This document shows positions 1-13,804 of a DNA stretch of 64,000 nt, piece by piece (the first letter of the stretch is position 1; each line of letters begins with the position of its first letter). Both the position numbers and the translations under genes were made by a program. The stretch spans positions 803,954,001 to 804,018,000 of the forward strand of contig NC_091284.1 of assembly GCF_032444005.1 (NCBI RefSeq), given 5' to 3'. The DNA comes from Ranitomeya imitator. Its lineage: Eukaryota. The notes beneath the pieces were generated by a model. The model did no database searches, was not told where the DNA came from, and saw only the letters and a list, made by a program, of their open reading frames with translations.

Positions 1-2470
1 CGACCTGTGGGCACTGTGCCGCCATATGGTGCCTCTATGATACCTCTGTAATATAGCATGAGATGGAGATGACAGTCCCTATGGTTCCATATCATAGACC
101 TGTGGGCACTGTGCCGCCATATGGTGCCTCTATGATACCTCCGTAATATAGCATGAGATGGAGATGACAGTCCCTATGGTTCCATATCACCGACCTGTGG
201 GCACTGTGCCGCCATATGGTGCCTCTATGTTGTCTCTGTAATATAGTGTGAAATATTGATAACCATAATCTAAAAAGACCCTGTACAACATCAACTGTAG
301 TCCCTATGGTTCCATATCACCGACCTGTCGGCACTGTGCCGCCATATGGTGCCTCCATGATGTCTCTGTAGTATAGCCTGAGATGGAGAAAACTGTAATC
401 TAAAAGGACCCTGTACAGCACCAAATAGAGTCCCTATGGTTCCATGTCACCGACCTGTGGGCACTATGCCGCCACATGGTGCCTCCATGATACCTTTGTA
501 TTATATTCTGAGATGGAGATAACAGTATTGCACAAGGAACCTGTATAGACACCAAGAGAGTGACTATGGTTCTATATTACAGACTCATAGTAACTGTGCC
601 GCCATATAGTGCCTTGATGATACTGCTCTAATATAGCATGAAATATACATAACAGTAATGTGCAGGAAGATTCTCCAGTAACCAACAGAGTAGCGATGCG
701 TCCATATTAGGCTACTTTCACACTAGCGTCGGGTTCGGCCCGTCGCAGTGCGTCGGGCCGAGGTTACCGACGCTAGCAGTGAATGCATCCGCTGCCCCAT
801 TGAGAGGTACGGGGAGGTGGGGGCGGAGTAACATGTAACGTTTTTTGCTCCTGGCGGACCGCCACAACACGGCGCAACCGTCGCACGACGGCTGCAACGT
901 GTGTCAATGCGTCGCTAATGTTAGTCTATGGGGCAAAAATGCATCCTGCAGACAACTTTGCAGGATGCGTTTTTTCCCCTAAACGACGCATTGCGACGTA
1001 TTGAAAAAAACGCCAGTGTGAAAGTAGCCATGGTCACTATCCCGCCATACTGTGCTTTCATGATACTGCTGTAATATAGTATGGCATGGAGATATCAGTA
1101 AAGCAATCTGCAGGAACCCTACACAATAGCAAAAATAGTCCCAATTGATTCATTTTATGAATGGATTGACACTATACCGCCATATGGTGCCTTTATGATA
1201 CTTCTGTAATATATTGCAAGATAGAAATAACAGTAAAGCAGGAACGATGTCAGCACCGAACATTTACCCTATGCCTCCACATTACAGACCTGTAGACACT
1301 GTGCCACCCTATAATCCCTTCATGATACCTATGTGCCATAGCGTGAGAATGAGAGCAGCAAAGCAATGTGAAGGGACCCTGTACAGCACCGACCACATGC
1401 CCTATGCCTCCATATTACTGACCCATGTTCTCTGTGCTGCCATAACCTCTGTAATACAGCACGGCATGGAGGTCACAGTACAGCAATGTGCAGGGACCCT
1501 GTACAGCAACCAACAGAGTGACCATGTTTCCATGTTACAGACCCATCAGCACTATGCCGCCATACTGTGCTTTCATGATACCTCTGTATCCTCTACAGCA
1601 CAACATAAAAATAGCAGAAAAGCAATGTGCAGGGCCCTCAGGCATCAAACACAGTCCCTATCCTTCCATACCACAGACCGATGGGAATATGCTGCCATAT
1701 GGTGTCTTGGCGATACCTCTGTAATATAGCAGAAGGTGGAGATAACAGTAAAGCAAAGTGCAAGGACCCTGCACAGTAGCAAAAAGAGTCCCTTTGGTTT
1801 CATATTACGGACCCATGGTCACCAGACGCACTAAAGCAATGTACACAGATCCTGTACAGCATCAAACACAGTCCCTATCCTTCCATATTACTGACTGCTG
1901 GACACTATGTCGCCATATGGTGCTTATAGGATACCTCTGTAATACAGCGCAAGAGAAAGATCGCACTAAAGCAATGTACAGGCATTCTGTACAACATCAA
2001 ACACAGTCCCTATGCTTCCATACTACAGACTGCTGGACACTATGCTGCCATATGGTGCCTATATGACACTTCTGTAATACAAAGCAATATAAAGATGGCA
2101 CTAAAGCAATGTACAGAGACCCTGTAAAGCATCAAACACGGTCCCTATCCTTCCATAATACAGACCAGTGGGCACTATGCCGCTATATGGTGTCTCTGCG
2201 ATACCTCTGTAATATAGCACCAGGTTGAGATAACAGTAAAGCAAAGTGCAGGCACCTTACACGGTAGCAAAGAGAGTCCCTAATGTTTCATATTATGCAT
2301 CAGTTGGCACTATGCCGCCATATGGTGCCTATATGATACCTCTGTAATACAGCGCAAGATAAAGATAGCAGTAAAGCAATATACAGGGACCCTGCACAGC
2401 ATCAAACACAGTCGCTATGCTTCCATGGTACAGACCAGTGGGCATTGTGCCGCCATATGGTGCCTTCTTG
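1..2470. repeat. Degenerate tandem satellite, about 130-bp monomer (two 95-bp deletion variants at the left edge); runs off the window start
   Basis: The motif GACCTGTGGGCACTGTGCCGCCATATGGTGCC recurs at 2, 97, 192, 322, 452 and 582 (spacings 95, 95, 130, 130, 130), then in diverged form to about 2470. Confidence 0.9.
710..1029. mobile_element. PIF/Harbinger-type MITE inserted in the 130-bp satellite
   Basis: TIRs GGCTACTTTCACACTAGCG / CGCCAGTGTGAAAGTAGCC (18/19 match). TTA precedes it; no matching 3' TSD is visible. The family call comes from TIR style. Confidence 0.8.
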
Positions 2471-2497
2471 ATACATCTCTATAGTGGCAGTTTTTGC

Positions 2498-2960
2498 ACT
2501 ACAAGGACTGTAGTTTCGTGGGACAATCTCACACGATAGACTTAGATACACCAGTCCTGATAATTTCGGCATCGCCTATGACCAGTCGTGTCCATACACT
2601 GCCTCTTCGCGACAACTTATTCTTCCAGTATAACAAAGGTAGAATATATAACCCGAAGGGGAGCGTGTGAGAGGGAAGCCACACAGGGGATCGCTCCGTC
2701 ACATAAGCGCCATGTGGACGCGCCACTTCACTTCCTACGCAATTAATGACAGCATCTGATGGACGGCCGGGGCAGCGCTGACAGGGAAATGCTCGGCGTA
2801 CGTCTTCTGGCCGGGGCTCGGATTACTCAGGCGATTATATATTTTCGTTCAGAAAAGGGTAAATTACTGTTTTCAGAAATGACATGGTTGAGTTACCGAC
2901 TCAGACGAGGTCTGAAGTGACGAGTGACAGCCGGAGATCGCACGTTACCGTCTCGCCTGA
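2498..2960. promoter_or_regulatory. CpG-rich, promoter-like patch inside a FAT3 intron
   Basis: 26 CpGs counted in 2651-2960. Inverted ACTACA/TGTAGT at 2498-2514 (ZNF143/THAP11-like half sites), GCGCCATGT at 2707-2715 (YY1-like) and CACTTCCT at 2729-2736 (ETS-like). Motif matches only, with no functional evidence. Confidence 0.3.
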
Positions 2961-3291
2961 TACACTAGAACTGAATGACCAGACCCCAAGAAGGCAGATT
3001 AAAGGGGCACTCCGGGGGTTTGTCAAGTTTGGACTGTCATGACATAAACCAAAATTTGGATGAAAGTGTCCACTGAATACCAAAGATGATCATCCTTCCT
3101 TGTATAGAGCCAACATATCCCCGGCCCCTTCCTCCTCTTTTTGGCTCATTATTAGACAATGTGTTTTCAGGTGGGCGAGCAGAGGAGTTAAATCTTGAAA
3201 AGTTGTGGCTGTCACTTATGGGGGTTGTGATTATTGTAAACTCACTGTCTCTGGTATCGGGACTTGCGGTTATTACCTTTATGGCAGTCCA

Positions 3292-6200
3292 GTGGCTGGC
3301 ACTGTTACTGGGAGCTCTTTGGCTGGCACTGTTACTGGGAGCTCTTTGGCTGGCACTGTTACTGGGAGCTCTTTGGTTGGCACTGTTACTGGGAGCTCTT
3401 TGGCTGGCACTGTTACTGGGAGCTCTTGGGCTGGACCGGTTACTGGGAGCTCTTTGGCTGGCACTGTTACTGGGAGCACTTTGGCTGGCACTGTTACTGG
3501 GAGCACTTTGGTTGGCACTGTTACTGGGTGCTCTTTGGCTGGCACTGTTACTGGGAGCACTTTGGTTGGCACTGTTACTGGGAGCTCTTTGGCTGGCACT
3601 GTTACTAGAAGCTCTTTGGCTGGTACTGTTACTCGGAGCTCTTTGGCTGGACCTGTTACTGGGAACTCTTTGGCTGGACCTGTTACTGGGAGCTCTTTGG
3701 CTGGACCTGTTACTGGGAGCTCTTTGGTTGGCACTGTTACTGTGAGCTCTTTGGTTGCACTGTTACTGGGAGCTCTGTGGCTGGCATTGTTACTGGGAGC
3801 TCTGTGGCTGGCACTGTTACTGGGAGCTCTTTGGCTGGCACTGTTACTAGAAGCTCTTTGGCTGGTACTGTTACTCGGAGCTCTTTGGCTGGACCTGTTA
3901 CTGGGAACTCTTTGGCTGGACCTGTTACTGGGAGCTCTTTGGCTGGACCTGTTACTGGGAGCTCTTTGGTTGGCACTGTTACTGTGAGCTCTTTGGTTGC
4001 ACTGTTACTGGGAGCTCTGTGGCTGGCATTGTTACTGGGAGCTCTGTGGCTGGCACTGTTACTGGGAGCTCTTTGGCTGGCACTGTTACTAGAAGCTCTT
4101 TGGCTGGTACTGTTACTCGGAGCTCTTTGGCTGGACCTGTTACTGGGAACTCTTTGGCTGGACCTGTTACTGGGAGCTCTTTGGCTGGACCTGTTACTGG
4201 GAGCTCTTTGGTTGGCACTGTTACTGGGAGCTCTTTGGTTGCACTGTTACTGGGAGCTCTGTGGCTGGCATTGTTACTGGGAGCTCTGTGGCTGGCACTG
4301 TTACTGGGAGCTCTTTGGTTGGCACTGTTACTGGGAGCTCTGTGGCTGGCACTGTTACTGGGAGCTCTTGGGCTGGCACTGTTACTGGGAGCACTTTGGT
4401 TGGCACTGTTACTGGGAGCTCTTTGGCTGGCACTGTTACTGGGAGCTCTTGGGCTGGCACTGTTACTGGGAGCTCTTTGGCTGGCACTGTTACTGGGAGC
4501 TCTTTGGCTGACACTGTTACTGGGAGCTCTTTGGCTTGCACTGTTAACTGGAGCTCTTTGGCTGGCACTGTTACTGGTAGCTCTGTGACTGGCACTGTTA
4601 CTGGGAGCTCTGTGGTTGGCACTGTTACTGGGAACTCTTTGGCTGGCACTGTTACTGGGAGCTCTTTGGCTGGCACTGTTACTGGGAGCTCTTTGGCTGG
4701 CACTGCTACTGGGAGCTCTTTGGTTGGCATTGTTACTGGGAGCTCTTTGGCTGGCGCTGTTACTGGGAGCTCTGTGGTTGGCACTGTTACTGGGAGCTCT
4801 TTGGCTGGCACTGTTACTGGGAACTCTTTGGCTGGCACTGTTACTGGGAGCTCTGTGGTTGGCACTGTTACTGGGAACTCTTTGGCTGGCACTGTTATTG
4901 GGAGCTCTTTGGCTGGCACTGTTACTGGGAGCTCTTTGGCTGGCACTGTTACTGGGAGCTATTTGGTTGGCATTGTTACTGGGAGCTCTTTGGCTTGCGC
5001 TGTTACCTGGAGCTCTTTGGCTGGCACTGTTACTGGGAGCTCTTTGGCTGGCACTGTTACTGGGAGCTCTTTGGCTGGCACTGTTACTGGGAGCTCTTTG
5101 GTTGCACTGTTACTGGGAGCTCTGTGGCTGGCACTGTTACTGGGAGCTCTGTGGCTGGCACTGTTACTGGGAGCTCTTTGGCTGGCACTGTTACTGGGAG
5201 CTCTTTGGCTGGCACTGTTACTGGGAGCTCTTTGGTTGGCACTGTTACTGGAAGCTCTTTGGTTGCACTGTTACTGGGAGCTCTGTGGCTGGCACTGTTA
5301 CTGGGAGCTCTGTGGCTGGCACTGTTACTGGGTGCTCTTTGGCTGGCACTGTTACTGGGAGCTCTTTGGCTTGCACTGTTACTGGGTGCTCTTTGGCTGG
5401 CACTGTTACTGGGTGCTCTTTGGCTGGCACTGTTACTGGGAGCTCTTTGGCTGGCACTGTTACTGGGAGCTCTTTGGCTGGCACTGTTACTGGGAGCTCT
5501 TTGGCTGGCACTGTTACTGGGAGCTCTTTGGCTGGCACTGTTACTGGGAGCTCTTTGACTGGCACTGTTACTGGGAGCTCTTTGGTTGGCACTGTTACTG
5601 GGAGCTCTGTGGCTGGCGCTGTTACCTGGAGCTCTTTGGCTGGCACTGTTACTGGAAGCTCTTTGGTTGCACTGTTACTGGGAGCTCTGTGGCTGGCACT
5701 GTTACTGGGAACTCTTTGGCTGGCACTGTTACTGGTAGCTCTGGTTGGCACTGTTACTGGTAGCTCTGTGACTGGCACTGTTACTGGGAGCTCTTTGGCT
5801 GGCACTGTTACTGGGAGCTCTGTGGTTGGCACTGTTACTGTGAGCTCTTTGGCTGGCACTGTTACCTGGAGCTCTTTGGCTGGACCTGTTACTGGGAGCT
5901 CTTTGGCTGGCACTGTTACTGGGAGCTCTGTGGTTGGCACTGTTACTGGGAGCTCTGTGACTGGCACTGTTACTGGGAGCTCTTTGGCTGGACCTGTTAC
6001 TGGGAGCACTTTGGCTGGCACTGTTACTGGGAGCTCTTTGGTTGGCACTGTTACTGGGAGCTCTTTGGCTGGACCTGTTACTGGGAGCACTTTGGCTGGA
6101 CCTGTTACTGGGAGCTCTTTGGCTGGACCTGTTACTGGGAGCTCTTTGGTTGGCACTGTTACTGTGAGCTCTTTGGTTGGCACTGTTACTGGGAGCTCTT

Positions 6201-9200
6201 TGGCTGGACCTGTTACTGGGAGCTCTTTGGCTGGCACTGTTACTGGGAGCTCTTTGGTTGGCACTGTTACTGTGAGCTCTTTGGTTGGCACTGTTACTGG
6301 GAGCTCTGTGGCTGGCACTGTTACTGGGAGCTCTTGGGCTGGCACTGTTACTGGGAGCACTTTGGTTGGCACTGTTACTGGGAGCTCTTTGGCTGGCACT
6401 GTTACTGGGAGCTCTTTGGCTGGCACTGTTACTGGGAGCTCTTGGGCTGGCACTGTTACTGGGAGCTCTTTGGCTGGCACTGTTACTGGGAGCTCTTTGG
6501 CTGGCACTGTTACTGGGAGCTCTTGGGCTGGCACTGTTACTGGGAGCACTTTGGTTGGCACTGTTACTGGGAGCTCTTTGGCTGGCACTGTTACTGGGAG
6601 CTCTTTGGCTGGCACTGTTACTGGGAGCTCTTGGGCTGGCACTGTTACTGGGAGCTCTTTGGCTGGCACTGTTACTGGGAGCTCTTTGGCTGGCACTGTT
6701 ACTGGGAGCTCTTTGGCTGGCACTGTTACTGGGAGCTCTTTGGCTGCCACTGTTACTGGTAGCTCTGTGACTGGCACTGTTACTGGGAGCTCTGTGGTTG
6801 GCACTGTTACTGGGAACTCTTTGGCTGGCACTGTTACTGGGAGCTCTTTGGCTGGCACCGCTACTGGGAGCTCTTTGGTTGGCATTGTTACTGGGAGCTC
6901 TTTGGCTGGCGCTGTTACTGGGAGCTCTGTGGTTGGCACTGTTACTGGGAACTCTTTGGCTGGCACTGTTACTGGGAGCTCTTTGGCTGGCACTGTTACT
7001 GGGAACTCTTTGGCTGGCACTCTTACTGGGAGCTCTTTGGTTGGCACTGTTACTGGGAGCTCTTTGGTTGGCACTGTTACTGGGAGCTCTGTGGTTGGCA
7101 CTGTTACTGGGAACTCTTTGGCTGGCACTGTTACTGGGAGCTCTTTGGCTGGCACTGTTACTGGGAACTCTGGCTGGCACTGTTACTGGGAGCTCTTTGG
7201 TTGGCACTGTTACTGGGAGCTCTTTGGTTGGCATTGTTACTGGGAGCTCTTTGGCTGGCGCTGTTACCTGGAGCTCTTTGGCTGGCACTGTTACTGGGAA
7301 CTCTGTGGCTGGCACTGTTACTGGGAGCTCTTTGGTTGGCACTGTTACTGGAAGATCTTTGGTTGCACTGTTACTGGGAGCTCTGTGGCTGGCACTGTTA
7401 CTGGGAGCTCTGTGGCTGGCACTGTTACTGGGTGCTCTTTGGCTGGCACTGTTACTGGGAGCTCTTTGGCTTGCACTGTTACTGGGAGCTCTTTGGCTGA
7501 CACTGTTACTGGGAGCTCTTTGGCTGGCACTGTTACTGGGAGCTCTTTGGTTGGCACTGTTACTGGGAGCTCTGTGGCTGGCACTGTTACTGGTAGCTCT
7601 GGTTGGCACTGTTAATGGTAGCTCTGTGGCTGGCACTGTTACTGGGAGCTCTTTGGCTGGCACTGTTACTGGGAGCATTTTGGTTGGCACTGTTACTGGG
7701 ATCTCTGTGGCTGGCACTGTTACTGGTAGCTCTGGTTGGCACTGTTAATGGTAGCTCTGTGGCTGGCACTGTTACTGGGAGCTCTTTGGCTGGCACTGTT
7801 ACTGGGAGCATTTTGGTTGGCACTGTTACTGGGATCTCTGTGGCTGGCACTGTTACTGGGAGCTCTGTGGCTGGCACTGTTACTGGGAGCTCTTTGGCTG
7901 GACCTGTTACTGGGAGCTCTTTGGTTGCACTGTTACTGGGAGCTCTGTGGCTGGCACTGTTACTGGTAGCTCTGGTTGGCACTGTTACTGGTAGCTCTGT
8001 GACTGGCACTTTTACTGGGAACTCTTTGGCTGGCACTGTTACTGGGAGCTCTGTGGTTGGCACTGTTACTGTGAGCTCTTTGGCTGGCACTGTTACTGGG
8101 AACTCTTTGGCTGGCACTGTTACTGGTAGCTCTGGTTGGCACTGTTACTGGTAGCTCTGTGACTGGCACTGTTACTGGGAGCTCTTTGGCTGGCACTGTT
8201 ACTGGGAGCTCTGTGGTTGGCACTGTTACTGTGAGCTCTTTGGCTTGCACTGTTACCTGGAGCTCTTTGGCTGGCACTGTTACTGGGAGCTCTGTGGCTG
8301 GCACTGTTACTGGTAGCTCTGTGACTGGCACTGTTACTGGGAGCTCTGTGGTTGGCACTGTTACTGGGAACTCTGGCTGGCACTGTTACTGGGAGCTCTT
8401 TGGCTGGCACTGTTACTGGGAGCTCTTTGGCTTGCACTGTTACTGGGAGCTCTTTGGCTGGCACTGTTACTGGGTGCTCTTTGGCTGGCACTGTTACTGG
8501 GAGCTCTTTGGCTTGCACTGTTACTGGGAGCTCTTTGGCTGGCACTGTTACTGGGAGCTGTTTGGCTGGCACTGTTACTGGGAGCTCTGTGGCTGGCACT
8601 GTTACTGGGAGCTCTTTGGCTGGCACTGTTACTGGGAGCTCTTTGGCTGGCACTGTTACTGGGAGCTCTTTGGCTGGCACTGTTACTGGGAGCTCTGTGG
8701 TTGGCACTGTTACTGTGAGCTCTTTGGCTGGCACTGTTACTGGGAGCTCTTTGGCTGGACCTGTTACTGGGAGCTCTTTGGCTGGCACTGTTACCTGGAG
8801 CTCTTTGGCTGGACCTGTTACTGGGAGCTCTTTGGCTGGCACTGTTACTGGGAGCTCTGTGGCTGGCACTGTTACTGGTAGCTCTGTGACTGGCACTGTT
8901 ACTGGGAGCTCTGTGGTTGGCACTGTTACTGGGAACTCTTTGGCTGGCACTGTTACTGGGAGCTCTTTGGCTGGCACTGTTACTGGGAGCTCTTTGGCTG
9001 GCACTGTTACTGGGAGCTCTTTGGCTGGCACTGTTACTGGGAGCTCTGTGGCTGGCACTGTTACTGGGAGCTCTGTGGCTGGCACTGTTACTGGGAGCTC
9101 TTTGGCTGGCACTGTTACTGGGAGCTCTTTGGCTGGCACTGTTACTGGGAGCTCTGTGGCTGGCACTGTTACTGGTAGCTCTGTGACTGGCACTGTTACT

Positions 9201-12200
9201 GGGAGCTCTGTGGTTGGCACTGTTACTGGGAACTCTGGCTGGCACTGTTACTGGGAGCTCTTTGGCTGGCACTGTTACTGGGAGCTCTTTGGCTTGCACT
9301 GTTACTGGGAGCTCTTTGGCTGGCACTGTTACTGGGTGCTCTTTGGCTGGCACTGTTACTGGGAGCTCTTTGGCTTGCACTGTTACTGGGAGCTCTTTGG
9401 CTGGCACTGTTACTGGGAGCTCTTTGGCTGGCACTGTTACTGGGAGCTCTTTGGCTGGCACTGTTACTGGGAGCTCTTTGGCTGGCACTGTTACTGGGAG
9501 CTCTTTGGCTGGCACTGTTACTGGGAGCTCTGTGGTTGGCACTGTTACTGTGAGCTCTTTGGCTGGCACTGTTACTGGGAGCTCTTTGGCTGGACCTGTT
9601 ACTGGGAGCTCTTTGGCTGGCACTGTTACCTGGAGCTCTTTGGCTGGACCTGTTACTGGGAGCTCTTTGGCTGGCACTGTTACTGGGAGCTCTGTGGCTG
9701 GCACTGTTACTGGTAGCTCTGTGACTGGCACTGTTACTGGGAGCTCTGTGGTTGGCACTGTTACTGGGAACTCTTTGGCTGGCACTGTTACTGGGAGCTC
9801 TTTGGCTGGCACTGTTACTGGGAGCTCTTTGGCTGGCACTGTTACTGGGAGCTCTTTGGCTGGCACTGTTACTGGGAGCTCTGTGGCTGGCACTGTTACT
9901 GGGAGCTCTTTGGCTGGCACTGTTACTGGGAGCTCTTTGGCTGGCACTGTTACTGGGAGCTCTTTGGTTGGCACTGTTACTGGAAGCTCTTTGGTTGCAC
10001 TGTTACTGGGAGCTCTTTGGCTGGCACTGTTACTGGAGCTCTGTGGCTGGCACTGTTACTGGGTGCTCTTTGGCTGGCACTGTTACTGGGAGCTTTTTGG
10101 CTGGCACTGTTACTGGGAGCTCTTTGGCTGGCACTGTTACTGGGAGCTCTTTGGCTGGCACTGTTACTGGGAGCTCTTTGGCTGGCACTGTTACTGGGTG
10201 CTCTTTGGCTGGCACTGTTACTGGGAGCTCTTTGGTTGGCACTGTTACTGGGAGCTCTTTGGCTGGCGCTGTTACCTGGAGCTCTTTGGCTGGCACTGTT
10301 ACTGGGAGCTCTGTGGCTGGCACTGTTACTGGGAGCTCTGTGGCTGGCACTGTTACTGGGAGCTCTTTGGCTGGCACTGTTACTGGGAACTCTTTGGCTG
10401 GCACTGTTACTGGGAGCTCTTTGGTTGGCATTGTTACTGGGAGCACTTTGGCTGGCACTGTTACTGGGAGCACTTTGGCTGGCACTGTTACTGGGAGCTC
10501 TTTGGTTGGCATTGTTACTGGGAGCACTTTGGCTGGCACTGTTACTGGGAGCACTTTGGCTGGCACTGTTACTGGGAGCTCTTTGGTTGGCATTGTTACT
10601 GGGAGCACTTTGGCTGGTACTGTCACTGGGAGCACTTTGGCTGGCACTGTTACTGGGAGCACTTTGGCTGGCACTGTTACTGGGAGCTCTTTGGCTGGCA
10701 CTGTTACTGGGAGCTCTTTGGCTGGCATTGTTACTGGGAGCTCTTTGGTTGGCATTGTCACTGGGAGCACTTTGGCTGGCACTGTTACTGGGAGCACTTT
10801 GGCTGGCACTGTTACTGGGAGCTCTTTGGCTGGCACTGTTAATGGGAGCTTTTTGGTTGGTACTGTCACTGGGAGCACTTTGGCTGGCACTGTTACTGGG
10901 AGCTCTTTGGCTGGCACTGTTACTGGGAGCTCTTTGGTTGGCATTGTTACTGGGAGCACTTTGGCTGGCACTGTTACTGGGAGCTCTTTGGCTGGCACTG
11001 TTACTGGGAACTCTTTGGCTGGCACTGTTACTGGGAGCTCTGTGGCTGGCACTGTTACTGGGAGCTCTTTGGCTGGCACTGTTACTGGGAGCACTTTGGT
11101 TGGCATTGTTACTGGGAGCACTTTGGCTGGCACTGTTACTGGGAGCTCTTTGGCTGGCACTGTTACTGGGAGCTCTTTGGTTGGCATTGTTACTGGGAGC
11201 ACTTTGGCTGGCACTGTTACTGGGAGCTCTTTGGCTGGCACTGTTAATGGGAGCTTTTTGGTTGGTACTGTCACTGGGAGCACTTTGGCTGGCACTGTTA
11301 CTGGGAGCACTTTGGCTGGCACTGTTACTGGGAGGTCTTTGGCTGGCACTGTTACTGGGAGCTCTTTGGTTGGCATTGTTACTGGGAGCACTTTGGCTGG
11401 CACTGTTAATGAGAGCTCTTTGGTTGGTACTGTCACTGGGAGCACTTTGGCTGGCACTGTTACTGGGAGCACTTTGGCTGGCACTGTTACTGGGAGCACT
11501 TTGGCTGGCACTGTTACTGGGAGCTCTTTGGTTGGCATTGTTACTGGGAGCTCTTTGGCTGGCACTGTTACTGGGAGCTCTTTGGTTGGCATTGTTACTG
11601 GGAGCTCTTTGGCTGGCACTGTTAATGGGAGCTCTTTGGTTGGTACTGTCACTGGGAGCACTTTGGCTGGCACTGTTAATGGGAGCTCTTTGGTTGGTAC
11701 TGTTACTGGGAGCACTTTGGCTGGCACTGTTACTGGGAGCACTTTGGCTGGCACTGTTACTGGGAGCACTTTGGCTGGCACTGTTACTGGGAGCTCTTTG
11801 GTTGGCATTGTTACTGGGAGCTCTTTGGCTGGCACTGTTACTGGGAGCTCTTTGGTTGGCATTGTTACTGGGAGCTCTTTGGCTGGCACTGTTAATGGGA
11901 GCTCTTTGGTTGGCACTGTTACTGGGAGCTCTTTGGCTGGCACTGTTACTGGGAGCTCTTTGGCTGGCACTGTTACTGGGAGCTCTTTGGCTGGCACTGT
12001 TACTGGGAGCACTTTGGCTGGCACTGTTACTGGATTATGTGGCTGGCACTGTTAATGGGAACTCTTTGGCTGGCATTGTCACTGGGAGCACTTTGGCTGG
12101 CACTGTTACTGGGAGCTCTTTGGCTGGCACTGTTACTGGATTATGTGGCTGACACTCAGCGGATTCCTCTGCTGTCACACTATAATGGTACTGTGGCTGG

Positions 12201-12225
12201 CACTGTTATTGGATTATGTGGCTGA
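3292..12225. repeat. 27-bp minisatellite (GGCTGGCACTGTTACTGGGAGCTCTTT)n, about 8.9 kb, with 25/26-bp variants and higher-order blocks
   Basis: Directly visible. It generates the 9-aa periodic ORFs (AGTVTGSSL, WLALLLGAL, GWHCYWELF, PVTVPAKEL, RAPSNSASQ). Degenerate copies continue to about 12500. Confidence 0.98.
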
Positions 12226-13804
12226 CCCACAAATAGTATTCCATGTCTGACATACCATGGTGGTCCTGTGGACACTCGTTTGGTGATTTGTGGCGGACAC
12301 AGCCGTAGTGGCCCTGTGTCTGGTCCTCTTATGTGGGTCATGCAGTCGTCACTGGGACAGGCAGTATTCTGGTGGTGTACATGGCTGGCTCTGTTATGCA
12401 GATTTTGTGGGTTCAATGCCATGTTGGGCCTGTGGTTTATATAGTTGGCATATCTATAGGGGTCTTGTGGTTGGCCCATTCCTATATATGTATGTGAACA
12501 GTAATGGCGCCAGTATTGTCTATTTTTACGCACGTGTCACTTAATTCTGCATCCTCAAACTCCCAAAAGATATTCAGCAAATGTCAACCTATGTTTATTC
12601 ATGTCGCCGCTCCTTCACTCCAGCGACGCATCTGAGAAGTATTAATGCCGGAGAATTTTGCATTTCATAAAACATTGAGATCCGATGAAAACAAACTCAT
12701 TTTGATGTTTTTAAACATGTCGGATTTGGGATTTCTATACTTTCCCACCCCTGAGATTTTCATAAAAAGTGCTAGCCGTACGCGCCACTGTAATGCTGAA
12801 TGGATTAAAGGGGAAGTCTCCCGGGCCCTTGTGCCTAAGAGGGGGGAAGACCTCTCCTCCAGAAGCACATGGGAGGTGAAGGCCTGTTACAGATTTTGTA
12901 TTGGGGCCCAGGAGCTTCCATCTGGATCTGGAGACCTTATCTAGAGACCATATGGACCTAGAGGCCTATATTAACCTGAACTCCCAATATTTTAACCTCA
13001 AATCATGTTACATTTTAAGACCCTCTTGCTCAGACCTCCAAAAGTTGGAAAACCCATTTTTATTCATCACATTAGGAAATTCCGATTTAATAGAGGGGGC
13101 TCTTTCATTCAAGATCTGGAGTGGCGAATGACCACAAAGTGCGGCTCTCTGGAGGACTGTATTGTGTAATGCTTCATTTCTCCTGTGGTGGCACTGTAGG
13201 GAAATTGATCAGTTACAGCCAGGATTACGCAGCGATCACTGATGATCAATGAGATTTGTGTTATTAGTATTATATCAAGGCAGCTGTCTAACAAGAAGGC
13301 ATTGTCCAAAGTTGAGAACCCCTTAAATTTAACTTACTAACTTAAAACTAATCCTACTTTTACATAATAGTAAAATTAGAGTAATTTTTATGTTGGTAAT
13401 TACCAACCTGATTTCAGCCATTGTAACAGGGTGGAAAATCAGAGCTGATCTAATATAAACTTCCTCTGGCCCTTTGCAATCATTTTTATAAACCTTCTCC
13501 TCCATAGTCTTACTCCTGTATTCGGGAGGAGTTATTTATTAGAAATTCAGATTTTAAAGGATTTTGTGGATTCATTTGTCTCAATGCTGGGTGACAAACT
13601 ACACTGGTTCATCCTTCAAGAGATCGGCCCAAGGTACTCAGCGCCAGATGTACCCTGAAACTTTAATGTGTGACAGATGTAAGGTTGTGTCCTTTACCAT
13701 ATGGGCCCCGCAACCAGACATGGCGGCAGGGGAACACAGAAAATCTGCATGTAATATACACTCATTCATTATCTATTATGTACCTGTGCTTTACTGAGAT
13801 GCAT

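Noticed and set aside
2760-2830. Minus-strand peptide RRAFPCQRCPGRP, superficially like the next FAT3 EGF exon
   Set aside because: An in-frame TAA lies immediately upstream, Cys spacing is wrong, and there are no splice sites. The next FAT3 exon was not found in 1-22328 and presumably lies beyond the window start.
3086-12152. Very long ORFs (up to 999 aa) resembling mucin, transmembrane or Cys/Trp-rich proteins
   Set aside because: They are products of a 27-bp unit that is stop-free in five frames. 25/26-bp variants shift frame repeatedly, there is no unique domain or splice context, and they lie in a FAT3 intron.
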